The translations under genes were made by a program, and so were the position numbers. Below the pieces are notes generated by a model. That model had not been told where the DNA came from, did not search any database, and saw only the letters and a list, made by a program, of their open reading frames with translations. From Acidobacteriota bacterium (GTDB taxonomy: Bacteria > Acidobacteriota > Vicinamibacteria > Vicinamibacterales > 2-12-FULL-66-21), in contig JBKPLP010000168.1 of NCBI GenBank assembly GCA_046731735.1, forward strand, positions 389-64,388: a stretch of DNA of 64,000 nucleotides. Reading direction: 5' to 3'. Positions 25,107-34,457 of the stretch are shown here, one piece after another. How positions within the stretch are numbered: the first letter of the stretch is position 1; each line of letters opens with the position of its first letter.

Positions 25107-26495
25107 TCAGCAGAGCACGCGGATCACGTCGGACCGCGTGATGATGAACGTCTTGTCGGTCTTGAAGTCGCGCACGAGCACCGCGGGATTCGCCAGCGTG
25201 ATCATCGTCGACAGCAACTCGACGGGCGTGGACACGTCGACGAACGGGAAGGCCGGCTGCATGATCGTCTCGACCGGCTTCGATTTCGCCGCCGGGTCGG
25301 CAATCAGCTCCTCATAGAGGTGCGCCTCGTTCAGCGAGCCGACGAGCCGCTTGTCCCGGGTGATCGAGATCTGCGAGAAGTCGTGTGCGCTCATCAGCTT
25401 GACGGCGGTCTCGACCGGCTCGGTCCCCTCGATGGCGAGCAGCTCGCCGGAGACGCCCGAGGCGACGAGGTCGCGGGCGGTCATGCCTGACTTTTCCAGG
25501 AAGCCCTTCTCGCGCATCCACTCGTCGTTGTACATCTTGCCGAGATAGCGCGATCCGTGGTCGTGAAAAATGACGACGACCACATCGCCTTTTGTGAAGT
25601 TGTCTTTGAGCTGGAGCAGGCCGGCCATTGCGGATCCGGCGGAGTTACCGGCGAAGATGCCCTCTTCGCGCGCGATGCGGCGGGTCATCGCGGCCGCGTC
25701 CTTGTCGGTCACCTTCTCGAAGTGATCGATCACGGAAAAATCGACGTTCTTGGGCAGGAAATCCTCGCCGATGCCCTCAGTGATGTAGGGGTAGATCTCG
25801 TTCTTGTCGAAGATCCCGGTTTCCTTGTACTTCTTGAACACCGACCCATAGGTGTCGATGCCCCAGACCTTGATCTTCGGGTTTCGTTCTTTGAGAAACC
25901 TTCCGACGCCGGTAATCGTGCCGCCGGTGCCGACACCGCAGACGAGGTGGGTCACGGCCCCTTTCGTCTGCTCCCAGATCTCCGGAGCGGTCTGCTCGTA
26001 GTGGGCGGCGCCATTCGACAGGTTGTCGTACTGGTTGGCCTTCCAGGCGTTCGGGATTTCCTTTTCCAGCCGTGACGACACCGAATAGTACGAGCGTGGA
26101 TCCTCCGGATCGACGTTCGTCGGGCACACGATCACCTCGGCGCCGAACGCCTTCAGCGCATCGACCTTTTCCTTCGACTGCTTGTCGGTCGTGGTGAAGA
26201 CGCACTTGTAGCCCTTCACGACCGCGGCGATCGCCAGGCCCATGCCGGTATTCCCGGACGTCCCTTCGATGATCGTGCCGCCCGGCTTCAGCAGGCCCTG
26301 CTTCTCCGCGTCCTCGATCATGCGGACCGCCATGCGGTCCTTGATCGAGTTCCCGGGATTGAACGTCTCGAGCTTGGCCAGCACCTCGGCCGCGATGACG
26401 CCGCGGGTGATCGAGTTGATGCGGACCATCGGCGTCCCACCGATGGCGTCCAGGATCGTGTCGCAGATCGGCTTCAAACGGGTCCTCACAGACAA
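25107..26495 (-). CDS. Cystathionine beta-synthase-type PLP enzyme (CysK/CysM fold plus tandem CBS domains). Start is TTG 26495 or GTG 26489
   Basis: NPGNSIKDRMA (PLP Lys) and GTSGNTG; the C-terminal ~130 aa are CBS-pair-like. Confidence 0.9.
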   Translation of the reverse strand: MSVRTRLKPICDTILDAIGGTPMVRINSITRGVIAAEVLAKLETFNPGNSIKDRMAVRMIEDAEKQGLLKPGGTIIEGTSGNTGMGLAIAAVVKGYKCVFTTTDKQSKEKVDALKAFGAEVIVCPTNVDPEDPRSYYSVSSRLEKEIPNAWKANQYDNLSNGAAHYEQTAPEIWEQTKGAVTHLVCGVGTGGTITGVGRFLKERNPKIKVWGIDTYGSVFKKYKETGIFDKNEIYPYITEGIGEDFLPKNVDFSVIDHFEKVTDKDAAAMTRRIAREEGIFAGNSAGSAMAGLLQLKDNFTKGDVVVVIFHDHGSRYLGKMYNDEWMREKGFLEKSGMTARDLVASGVSGELLAIEGTEPVETAVKLMSAHDFSQISITRDKRLVGSLNEAHLYEELIADPAAKSKPVETIMQPAFPFVDVSTPVELLSTMITLANPAVLVRDFKTDKTFIITRSDVIRVLC

Positions 26496-26500
26496 TTATA
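26495..26500 (-). promoter_or_regulatory. Perfect TATAAT -10 hexamer on the minus strand, overlapping the annotated TTG of the CBS gene
   Basis: Minus strand reads ccggTATAATTGTCTGTGAGG. The in-frame GTG at 26489 lies 6 nt after the hexamer, so the mRNA could be leaderless. Confidence 0.35.
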
Positions 26501-26516
26501 CCGGCGGGCAAAACAC

Positions 26517-26683
26517 GAATCCCTAATCCCTCATCGTGAATCCTCAATCTTCGGATCGTGCGAATCGCTGAAACGGTGAATCGGCCGGCTCGCTGATTGG
26601 CTGAGGCGGCGGTTCAGAATTCGCCGATTCGCAAGCTACTGGGATTGGGGATTGGCGGATTGGGGATTGGGGATTAGGGATTG
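26517..26683. repeat. Array R6: left arm GAATCCC/TAATCCC units (26517-26551), right arm GGGATT(G) units (26641-26683), reverse complements of each other
   Basis: Read directly in the divergent gap between the CBS and PadR genes. The right arm has G-runs GGG, GGGG, GGGG, GGGG, GGG. Confidence 0.9.
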
Positions 26684-26696
26684 ATTTCCTTGACCA

Positions 26697-26736
26697 TGTA
26701 GACAACCTACCCCCATGGGTGTAGCATGTCTACACC
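26697..26736. promoter_or_regulatory. Candidate PadR operator(s): TGTAGACA-N22-TGTCTACA and GGTGTAG-catgt-CTACACC centred on the padR ATG
   Basis: The inverted repeats were verified base by base (26697-26704 with 26727-26734; 26718-26724 with 26730-26736). Confidence 0.45.
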
Positions 26737-27100
26737 TATGGCAAAGACGACGCGTTACGAGAACCGCATCGAGTTGCTGCAGGGCACGCTCGACCTGCTG
26801 ATCCTGCAGACGCTCCAGTGGGGCCCGCAGCACGGCTACGGCGTCGCCCAGGCGATCCGCGCCAACTCGAGCGAGGTGCTGCAGGTCGACACCGGCTCGC
26901 TCTACCCGGCGCTGCATCGGCTCGAGCGCAAGAAGTGGATTGCGGCGTCGTGGAAGGTGTCGGGCAACAAGCAGCGCACCCGCGTGTACCGGCTCACCGC
27001 CGCGGGGCGGCGGCAGCTGCTGTCGGAGCGGTCCCGATGGGCACAGCTGGTCGAGGCGATGGGGGGCATCCTCAACCCCGCGAAACGGAGCGAAGCATGA
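26726..27100 (+). CDS. PadR family transcriptional regulator
   Basis: LLQGTLDLLILQTL..GPQHGYGVAQAI..GSLYPALHRLERKKWI winged-helix signature. Confidence 0.9.
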   Translation: MSTPMAKTTRYENRIELLQGTLDLLILQTLQWGPQHGYGVAQAIRANSSEVLQVDTGSLYPALHRLERKKWIAASWKVSGNKQRTRVYRLTAAGRRQLLSERSRWAQLVEAMGGILNPAKRSEA

Positions 27101-29778
27101 CCTGGCGGCGCAACCGCGACAACGAGCTCGACGAGGAAGTCCGCAGCCATCTGACGATGGCGGCGCGCGATCGGATCGAGCGCGGTGAAGATCCCGCGGC
27201 GGCCGCGGCGGGCGCGCGCCGCGAGTTCGGTAACGTGCTGACGGTCAAAGAGGTCACGCGCGAGACCTGGGGATGGATGTGGGTCGAACGGCTCGGACAG
27301 GATCTCCGCTACGCCGTCCGTCTGCTTCGCCGCAACCCCGGCTTCACGCTCGTGGCGATCCTGTCGCTGGCGCTCGGCATCGGCGCGAACACCGCCATCT
27401 TCGAGGTCATCGACGCGATTCGCCTGCGGACGCTTCCGGTACCGAACCCTTCCGAGCTCGCCGAGATTCGGCTCGTGGAACCGGTAGGCGTTCGCGGCAA
27501 CCAGTCGAGCTGGCATGCGACCTTGAGCCATCCCATCTGGGAGCAGATCCGCGCCAGGCAGCAGGGGTTCTCCGGCGTGTTTGCCACCGGCGCCGAGACA
27601 TTCAACCTCGCAAGCGGCGGCGAATCGCGCAACGTGCCGGGCATCTGGGTCACCGCCGACTACTTCCGCCTGCTCGGCGTTCGCGCCGCCGCCGGACGGC
27701 TGATCGACGCGGCCGACGACCACCGCGGCTGCGCGCCGCACGCGGTCCTGAGCTATCCGTTCTGGCAGCGCGAGTACGGCGGCGATCGATTGGTGATCGG
27801 CCGCACGATCAGCGTCGAATCGAAGGCGGTCGAAATCATCGGCGTCGCGCAGTCCGGGTTCTTCGGGCTCGAAGTCGGCCGCAGCTTCGACATCGCGCTG
27901 CCGGTGTGCGCCGAGCCGATCGTCCACGGGGGCACGGGCCGTCTCGAGTCGGGCACCGACTGGTGGCTGATGGTGGTCGGCCGGCTCAAGCCCGGCTGGA
28001 CGCTTGCCTCCGCGACCGCGCAACTGAAATCGATCTCGACCGAGCTGTTCCGCACCACGCTGCCCAAGAACTATCCGGCGATCAGCGTGCAACCGTACCT
28101 GAAGCTGCAGCTCGGCGCCTTCGACGCAGGCGCCGGGATTTCCTGGGTGCGCGAGGAGTACTCGAGATCGTTGTGGCTGCTTCTCGGGCTCGCCGCGGTC
28201 GTCCTGGTGATCGCGTGCGCCAATCTCGCCAACCTGCTGCTCGCGCGCGGCAGCGCCCGGCAGCGTGAGTTCGCGGTGCGCCTCGGCGTCGGGGCGTCGC
28301 GTGGACGCATCGTCCGTCAGCTCCTCACCGAGAGTCTGCTGCTCTCGGCGGCGGGCGCGGCGTGCGGCGTGCTGCTCGCGGGCCTGCTCAGCAGCACACT
28401 GGTGTCCTTCATCAAGGCCGCCGATCAGACGCTCGTCCTCGACATGGGCGTCGACTGGCGCGTGCTCGGGTTCACCGGAGCGCTCGCGGTCCTCACGTGT
28501 GTGCTGTTCGGCGTCGCCCCGGCGCTGCGCGCGACGCGCGTCAGCGTCGACTCGGTGCTGCGCGGCGCGGGCCGCAGCAATTCGGCGACCCGCGAGCGCA
28601 GCGGCCTGCGGCGCGCGCTCGTCGTCTGTCAGGTCGCATTGTCGCTGGTGCTGCTCGTCGGCGCGCTGCTGTTTGCGCGCAGCCTCCGTAATCTCCTGAC
28701 GCTGGATCCGGGGTTCCGCAGCGCCGGCGTGCTCATCGCGCGCATCGACGTGCGCGCGCTCCAGCTGCCGCTCGAGGCGCGCCGTCAGACGCGGCTCGAC
28801 CTGATCGATCGCGTGCGGGCGCTGCCCGGCGTGCAGTCTGCCGCGCACGCCGCGATCGTGCCGCTCAGCGGCAACGGGTGGGGCAACGACGTGTGGACCG
28901 ACGAGGGGGGCTCGCGACGCAAGGCCAATGCCGCATTCAACAGTGTCAGCCGGGGCTACTTCGCGACGCTCGACGCGCCGCTCCTGGCGGGACGTGACTT
29001 CGATCCCGCGATCGACACGCCCCAGTCACCGCTCGTCGCGATCGTCAACGAAACGTTCGCCCGCGAGGTGTTCAACGGGACCAACCCTGTGGGACACCAC
29101 TTCACGGTCGAATCGACGCCCGGCACGCCGGAGCGCACGTTCGAGGTTGTCGGCTACGCGAAGGATGCGAAGTACATGGAACTGCGCGAGGCGGTAATGG
29201 CGGGTGCGTTTCTCGCCGACTCGCAGGAGGCGCGAGGCGGACAGGCGGCGCAGATCGTGATGCGTACGGCGCTTCCGCCGGACACGGTCGCAGGCGAGAT
29301 CACCAGAATGCTGGCCGACCTGAATCCGCGCATCGGCGTCAAATATACGGTCATGGACGCGCAGATCGCCGACACGCTGCTTCGTGAGCGGCTGACCGCG
29401 GCCTTGTCCGGCTTCTTCGGCGGCCTCGCGGCCCTGCTGACGCTGGTGGGCCTTTACGGGGTGATTGCCTTCACGGTCGCCCGGCGCACGAACGAAATCG
29501 GCATCCGGATGGCGCTCGGCGCAAGCCACCGCGCCGTCATGTCGTTGATCCTGCGCGAGGCTGGAACTCTGGTGGTGCTGGGGCTGGCGGCGGGGCTGGT
29601 GCTGGCGGTTCTCACCGCACGCCTCGCAGCGACGCTGCTCTTCGGCCTCGAGCCGAACGATCCGCTGACGCTCGGCGTCGCCGCCGCGTCGCTCGCAGCC
29701 GTCGCCATGGCGGCGAGCTACATGCCGGCACGAAGCGCGTCACGCATCGAGCCAGTCCAGGCGCTGCGGATTGAATAG
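27097..29778 (+). CDS. ADOP-type duplicated FtsX/MacB-like permease (893 aa)
   Basis: N-terminal [51 protein letters not shown] and a second FtsX module at the C-terminus. ATG overlaps the padR stop (ATGA). Confidence 0.9.
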   Translation: MTWRRNRDNELDEEVRSHLTMAARDRIERGEDPAAAAAGARREFGNVLTVKEVTRETWGWMWVERLGQDLRYAVRLLRRNPGFTLVAILSLALGIGANTAIFEVIDAIRLRTLPVPNPSELAEIRLVEPVGVRGNQSSWHATLSHPIWEQIRARQQGFSGVFATGAETFNLASGGESRNVPGIWVTADYFRLLGVRAAAGRLIDAADDHRGCAPHAVLSYPFWQREYGGDRLVIGRTISVESKAVEIIGVAQSGFFGLEVGRSFDIALPVCAEPIVHGGTGRLESGTDWWLMVVGRLKPGWTLASATAQLKSISTELFRTTLPKNYPAISVQPYLKLQLGAFDAGAGISWVREEYSRSLWLLLGLAAVVLVIACANLANLLLARGSARQREFAVRLGVGASRGRIVRQLLTESLLLSAAGAACGVLLAGLLSSTLVSFIKAADQTLVLDMGVDWRVLGFTGALAVLTCVLFGVAPALRATRVSVDSVLRGAGRSNSATRERSGLRRALVVCQVALSLVLLVGALLFARSLRNLLTLDPGFRSAGVLIARIDVRALQLPLEARRQTRLDLIDRVRALPGVQSAAHAAIVPLSGNGWGNDVWTDEGGSRRKANAAFNSVSRGYFATLDAPLLAGRDFDPAIDTPQSPLVAIVNETFAREVFNGTNPVGHHFTVESTPGTPERTFEVVGYAKDAKYMELREAVMAGAFLADSQEARGGQAAQIVMRTALPPDTVAGEITRMLADLNPRIGVKYTVMDAQIADTLLRERLTAALSGFFGGLAALLTLVGLYGVIAFTVARRTNEIGIRMALGASHRAVMSLILREAGTLVVLGLAAGLVLAVLTARLAATLLFGLEPNDPLTLGVAAASLAAVAMAASYMPARSASRIEPVQALRIE

Positions 29779-29783
29779 AGATC

Positions 29784-29845
29784 TGAATCCCTAATCCCTA
29801 ATCGCGAAGCCCTGAAGCCCTGAAGCCTTGAAGCCTTGAAGCCCC
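29784..29845. repeat. Array R7: TGAATCCC TAATCCC TAATCGC then (GAAGCCYY)x5 octamers
   Basis: Read directly in the convergent gap between ADOP(+) and DUF2277(-). Confidence 0.9.
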
Positions 29846-29847
29846 GC

Positions 29848-30117
29848 CTAGCGCGCGTAGCGCTCCGCCGAGCGCGCGCGCATTTTCGCCGCGTACTCAT
29901 CGCGGTCTTTCGGCGGCGCGGTGGTGACCAGCGACTCAATCAAACGCTGCGCCGCGGCAGTGACCTCGACGACGGCGGTGTTGAACGCGTCCTCATTCGC
30001 CTTCGACGGTTTCGTGAAGCCGCTCACCTTCCGCACGAACTGCAGCGCCGAGGCGCGGACCTCATCCTCGGTCGCGGGGGGTTCGAAGTTGAACAGCGGC
30101 TTGATATTTCGGCACAT
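29848..30117 (-). CDS. DUF2277 domain protein (89 aa)
   Basis: MCRNIKPLFNFEPPATEDEVRASALQFVRKVSG is the conserved DUF2277 N-terminus (from memory). Confidence 0.8.
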   Translation of the reverse strand: MCRNIKPLFNFEPPATEDEVRASALQFVRKVSGFTKPSKANEDAFNTAVVEVTAAAQRLIESLVTTAPPKDRDEYAAKMRARSAERYAR

Positions 30118-30567
30118 TTATCGTATCCCTCGCGACGCTTCGTAGCGCTGGATGTACTTCTGCGGTGTCACTTTCGCGATCACCTTGGCGATCGCATCAA
30201 GCGGAAGGTCATCGGGCGCCTTGAAGTGAATGCACGCTTTTCCCATGTCGAGCCGCTTGCCGCTCTTGCGGAACTGATCCACGAGCCACTCGCGCGTGCC
30301 GGGATCGCCGTACGCCGCCATCAGGTGCAGTGAGCACCGGTGCTTCCCGGCGGTGAGCGCCGCGATGCAGAGCGGCTGACCGTTGTAGGTGTTCGGGTAG
30401 TCCTTGAGCGGAATCGCGTACGTGATCGACCCCCAGCCGATCGCTTCTTTGTATCCTCTCGGCAGATTCTCGCGCACGACTTTACGAACCGCGGCCAGGC
30501 TCTTTCGCTGCTCCGGCGGCAGAAGTTTCAGATATTCCGCGACGCTCTTCGCTGTGCTGCCGGCCAT
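30118..30567 (-). CDS. DUF1801 (YdhG-like) domain protein
   Basis: 149 aa with a typical DUF1801 pattern (AEYLKLLPPEQR..). It is directly abutted by its neighbours. Confidence 0.75.
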   Translation of the reverse strand: MAGSTAKSVAEYLKLLPPEQRKSLAAVRKVVRENLPRGYKEAIGWGSITYAIPLKDYPNTYNGQPLCIAALTAGKHRCSLHLMAAYGDPGTREWLVDQFRKSGKRLDMGKACIHFKAPDDLPLDAIAKVIAKVTPQKYIQRYEASRGIR

Positions 30568-31533
30568 CTACATATCCTTTCTCGCCACGTAGGTCTTGCG
30601 GGCGCGCGCGACGAGATCCGGCCGCTTGAGCCGCACGTCGATTTTGTGTGTCTTGCCGTCGAGCTTCTCCGGCGTGAACGCGAGCGCATACTGCCGGTGC
30701 AGCTCGTCGGCGATGCGCTTGAAGGTGGGCCCGAGGTTGTACGCGGTTCTCAGCTCGTAGTAGCCGCCGCCGGTCATCGCGGCAATCCGTGGCAGACCCT
30801 TGTCGATCACCGGCTCGTCGTCGCGCCGCGGCAACCCCAATGTCGACAGCCCGCCAATCCCCTGTCCCGCTCCGCCGCGACGCCCCGTCCCCGAGAGCTC
30901 GCGTCCCGCGAGCCCGATCGCGAAGACCATCACGTCTTCCTGTTCCGCGTTCTTCGCGACGTCGTGAAAGCTGATGTTGTTGCCCCCCATCGGGTGATCG
31001 ATCCCGTCAGTGAACACGAGCACGACGCGGCGGCCGTCCTGGTGCAGCAGCGACGTGATGCCGACGTTCACCGCGTTCCACAGCGGCGTCGGTCCGGGGT
31101 CCTGGAGGTCGTTGCGCAGGATCGTGATCAGATCGCGCTGACTGCTGGTGAATTCGCGTGGATCCAGCTGGATACGGTTGGCGAAGCTCCCGATGCGCAC
31201 TTTGTCCCCCGGCAGCAGCAGCCCGACGAACTGCTCGGCGGCGTTGCGCACCAGCCGGAAGTTCTGCGCCATGCTGCCGCTGCGATCGAGCATCATCACC
31301 ACCGTGATCGGCTGCACGCCGCTGTCGAAGAGGGTGAGCGTCTGCTTCTTGCCGTTGTCGTAGACCTCGAAGTCGTCCTGCGTCAGATCCGGAACCAGCT
31401 TGCCCGCCGTGTCGGACACGGTGACGTAGACCGCCACCGATCGCGAGGTCGTGCGGAATGTCGCCTGCGGCGCCTGAGCCGCAGGCACTTCCGCGGACAG
31501 GGACAGGAGAGCGAGACACAGAGCGGTACGCAT
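30568..31533 (-). CDS. VWFA-related Acidobacterial-type von Willebrand factor A protein, secreted
   Basis: Signal peptide, FRTTSRSVAVYVTVSD..G..V.DL...DFEVYDNGKKQ N-domain, then MIDAS-like DRSGSM. Confidence 0.85.
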   Translation of the reverse strand: MRTALCLALLSLSAEVPAAQAPQATFRTTSRSVAVYVTVSDTAGKLVPDLTQDDFEVYDNGKKQTLTLFDSGVQPITVVMMLDRSGSMAQNFRLVRNAAEQFVGLLLPGDKVRIGSFANRIQLDPREFTSSQRDLITILRNDLQDPGPTPLWNAVNVGITSLLHQDGRRVVLVFTDGIDHPMGGNNISFHDVAKNAEQEDVMVFAIGLAGRELSGTGRRGGAGQGIGGLSTLGLPRRDDEPVIDKGLPRIAAMTGGGYYELRTAYNLGPTFKRIADELHRQYALAFTPEKLDGKTHKIDVRLKRPDLVARARKTYVARKDM

Positions 31534-31562
31534 GGGGCCCTCGTGCGGGGGATTCCACGATT

Positions 31563-32228
31563 CTAGCGCACCAGTGCGTCGACGCGGCGCTGCGCCTCCT
31601 GCAACGCGACGCGGACCTCAGCCGCGTTCTCGAGATCCAACAGGTCGAGGCGGCGGACTTTCCCGCGACGGGTGTGAATCTCAGCTGAGGTTTTCGAGAC
31701 CCGGACCGCCGCAATGTCTTTCCATCGCGCGCGGAACGCCATGAACGGCTTGCCCGGAACGTCGATCCCGTCCGCTGTCAGCCGCATGGACCTGCGCCGC
31801 TGCCGAAATGCGGTCATGCGGCCGTGGGCGAGCCCGAGGGCCAGGGTAAGGAGGCCGTTGAGAATGATCGGCCGCGCGACACGGTGGTGAAGATGCCAGC
31901 GCTCGCCCGCCTCGGCGAACAGCACGCCGGCGGCCCAGATTTCCACCCAGTCGATCCCGTGGCCGTGATGCCGCTGGTCCGTCACCCTGGATGCACGCGC
32001 GGCCCGCATGCTCCGCACAATGGATCCGATGAGGAACGCGCTGGTCACGATTTCGACGATGGCGAGCGCGAGCTCGAAGCCTTGAGCGCCGTGCCGAAGC
32101 GCTTGCGCGCCCGAGGCGATGAGGCCGATGGTGGGAACGGCGTGATTCAGTTTCTGGACCGCCAACGCGCGTTTCAACCGGCGGGAATGCAGCGGAACGA
32201 CCACGTCCACTGAAGGAGTGTAGCTCAT
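31563..32228 (-). CDS. Membrane protein with C-terminal bacterial-PH-like region, unknown function
   Basis: 221-aa ORF with about 4 TM helices. The start is only 15 nt from the divergent DPP4 start. Confidence 0.6.
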   Translation of the reverse strand: MSYTPSVDVVVPLHSRRLKRALAVQKLNHAVPTIGLIASGAQALRHGAQGFELALAIVEIVTSAFLIGSIVRSMRAARASRVTDQRHHGHGIDWVEIWAAGVLFAEAGERWHLHHRVARPIILNGLLTLALGLAHGRMTAFRQRRRSMRLTADGIDVPGKPFMAFRARWKDIAAVRVSKTSAEIHTRRGKVRRLDLLDLENAAEVRVALQEAQRRVDALVR

Positions 32229-32243
32229 GGTAAGTTTCCAGCC

Positions 32244-34457
32244 ATGAAGACGCCACGACGTGTCCGCCTCGCCGCTGCCGCTGTCGCGGCCACCGCCCTC
32301 GTCGTCCCACTCCTCGCGCAGCAGCCCGCGCGCGCGCGCGCGATCACGGCCGCCGACTACGCGCGGGCAGAGAAATTCATGACCTGGAACACGACGCCGC
32401 TCGTGTACCGGTCAGGCGCGCGTCCGACGTGGATCGAAGGCGATCGCTTCTGGTACCGCGTGACCACGCCGACGGGAAATGAAGCGATCCTCGTCGATGC
32501 GGCGAAGGGGACGAAGGAGCGGTGTACGCTTCCAGCCTGCACGGCCCCCGCAGCGGCTGGCCGTGGCGGACGCGGCGGCGGTCAGGCCGCACCGTCGACG
32601 ATCAGCCTGTCTCCCGACGGAAAGCGCGCCGCGTTCATCCGCGACTGGAACCTGTGGATGCGCGAGGTTCCCGGCGGCAAGGAGACCCAGCTCACGGCCG
32701 ACGGCGTGAAGGACTTCGGATACGCCACCGATAACGCCGGCTGGGCGAAGAGCGAGCGGCCCATTCTCGTCTGGTCGCCGGACTCCAGGAAGATCGCCAC
32801 GTTTCAGCAGGATCAGCGCCGCGTCGGCGAGATGTATCTCGTCAGCACCGAGGTCGGACATCCGAAACTGGAGGCCTGGAAATACCCGCTGCCGGGGGAC
32901 GACACGGTATCGATGATCCACCGGGTCATCATCGACGTCGACGGTCCCAGAATCGTGCGGCTGAAGATGGATCCCGATCAGCATCGCAGCACGCTGTGCG
33001 ACAACCTCTCCTGCCGCGGGGGCGATTGGGCGGACGTCCAGTGGGCGGCCGATTCGTCCGCGGTCGCATTCGCGTCGACGTCGCGCGATCACCGGGTGAC
33101 GACGTTGCGCGTCGCGGATCCCGGCACCGGGAACGTGCGCGACGTGCTGCAGGAACAGGTGGGAACGTTCTTCGAGTCCGGCAACGGCAGGATCAACTGG
33201 CGATATTTGCCCGCCTCCAACGAGGTGATCTGGTTCTCGGAGCGCGAGAACTGGGGCCATCTGTATCTCTACGACCTGCAGAGCGGGAAACTGAAGCGCG
33301 CGATCACGAGCGGCGATGGCAACGTGACGCAGGTCGTCCGCGTCGACGAGAAAGCGCGCGTCGTCTTCTTCCAAGCGGTCGGGCGCGAGAAAGGACGCGA
33401 TCCGTACTTCACGCACTTCTATCGCGTCGGCATGGACGGCGGGGCTCCGGTGCTGCTCACGCCCGAGGACGCGACACACGAAATCGCGATGTCGGACTCC
33501 GGCAGATATTTCGTGGACAGCTATTCGAAGCCGGATGTGCCTCCGGTTACAGTCCTGCGCGACGCCACCGGAAAGATGATCGTAGAGCTCGAGAAGTCGG
33601 ACATCACGAAGCTGCTGGCGACCGGCTGGAGGCCGCCGACGCCGATCGTCGTGAAGGCGCGCGACGGCTCGACGGATCTTTACGGGCTCATGTACCGGCC
33701 GACGAAGCTCGTGCCGGGGCGCAAGTATCCGATCGTCAATCACATCTATCCGGGGCCGCAGACCGGCAGCGTCGGCGGACGCACGTTCTCCCCGGCGCGC
33801 GGCGACGCGCAGGCGCTCGCCGAGCTCGGCTTCGTCGTCGTCGAGATCGACGGCATGGGCACTCCGTGGCGATCGAAGAAGTTTCACGAGGCCTATTACG
33901 GCAACATGGCCGACAACACGCTGCCCGACCAGGTCACGGGCATGAAGCAGCTGGCGCAGAAGTACCCGTTCATCGACATCACCCGCGTCGGCATTTACGG
34001 CCACTCGGGCGGCGGCTACGCCGCGGCCGGCGCGATGTTCCACTATCCCGACTTCTTCAAGGTCGGCATCTCCGAATCGGGCAACCACGACAACCGGGTG
34101 TACGAGGACGATTGGGCCGAGAAGTGGATCGGGCTGCTGGAAAAGGATGAAGCGCTGGCGGCCGCCTACGAGAAACAGGCGAATCAGCTCGTCGCCGGCA
34201 ATCTGAAGGGAAAACTCCTGCTCGCGCACGGGACCATGGACGCGAACGTCCCGCCGAACAACACGCTGCTCGTCGTCGACGCGCTGATCAAGGCCAACAA
34301 GGATTTCGACCTGCTGATGATCCCGAATGCCGGCCATGGGTATGGCAACGCCGGCAACTACATGACGCGGCGCCGGTGGGATTACTTCGTGAAGAACCTG
34401 CTCGGGATGGACCCGCCGAAGGAGTACGTGCTCGAAAACCGAATCCCTAATCCCTAA
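32244..34457 (+). CDS. S9 family dipeptidyl-peptidase IV-like serine peptidase, secreted
   Basis: GHSGGGY nucleophile motif, later D (HGTMDANV) and H (NAGHGY); N-terminal beta-propeller length; signal peptide. Confidence 0.9.
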   Translation: MKTPRRVRLAAAAVAATALVVPLLAQQPARARAITAADYARAEKFMTWNTTPLVYRSGARPTWIEGDRFWYRVTTPTGNEAILVDAAKGTKERCTLPACTAPAAAGRGGRGGGQAAPSTISLSPDGKRAAFIRDWNLWMREVPGGKETQLTADGVKDFGYATDNAGWAKSERPILVWSPDSRKIATFQQDQRRVGEMYLVSTEVGHPKLEAWKYPLPGDDTVSMIHRVIIDVDGPRIVRLKMDPDQHRSTLCDNLSCRGGDWADVQWAADSSAVAFASTSRDHRVTTLRVADPGTGNVRDVLQEQVGTFFESGNGRINWRYLPASNEVIWFSERENWGHLYLYDLQSGKLKRAITSGDGNVTQVVRVDEKARVVFFQAVGREKGRDPYFTHFYRVGMDGGAPVLLTPEDATHEIAMSDSGRYFVDSYSKPDVPPVTVLRDATGKMIVELEKSDITKLLATGWRPPTPIVVKARDGSTDLYGLMYRPTKLVPGRKYPIVNHIYPGPQTGSVGGRTFSPARGDAQALAELGFVVVEIDGMGTPWRSKKFHEAYYGNMADNTLPDQVTGMKQLAQKYPFIDITRVGIYGHSGGGYAAAGAMFHYPDFFKVGISESGNHDNRVYEDDWAEKWIGLLEKDEALAAAYEKQANQLVAGNLKGKLLLAHGTMDANVPPNNTLLVVDALIKANKDFDLLMIPNAGHGYGNAGNYMTRRRWDYFVKNLLGMDPPKEYVLENRIPNP

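Noticed and set aside
26902-28848. 648-aa ORF antisense to the first ADOP permease. Similar long antisense ORFs occur at 32412..34337, 36457..38199, 38891..39523 and 61094..63391.
   Set aside because: The reasoning is the same. Each is antisense to, or an upstream extension of, a gene with strong family signatures, and each has a biased Arg/Asp/His composition.
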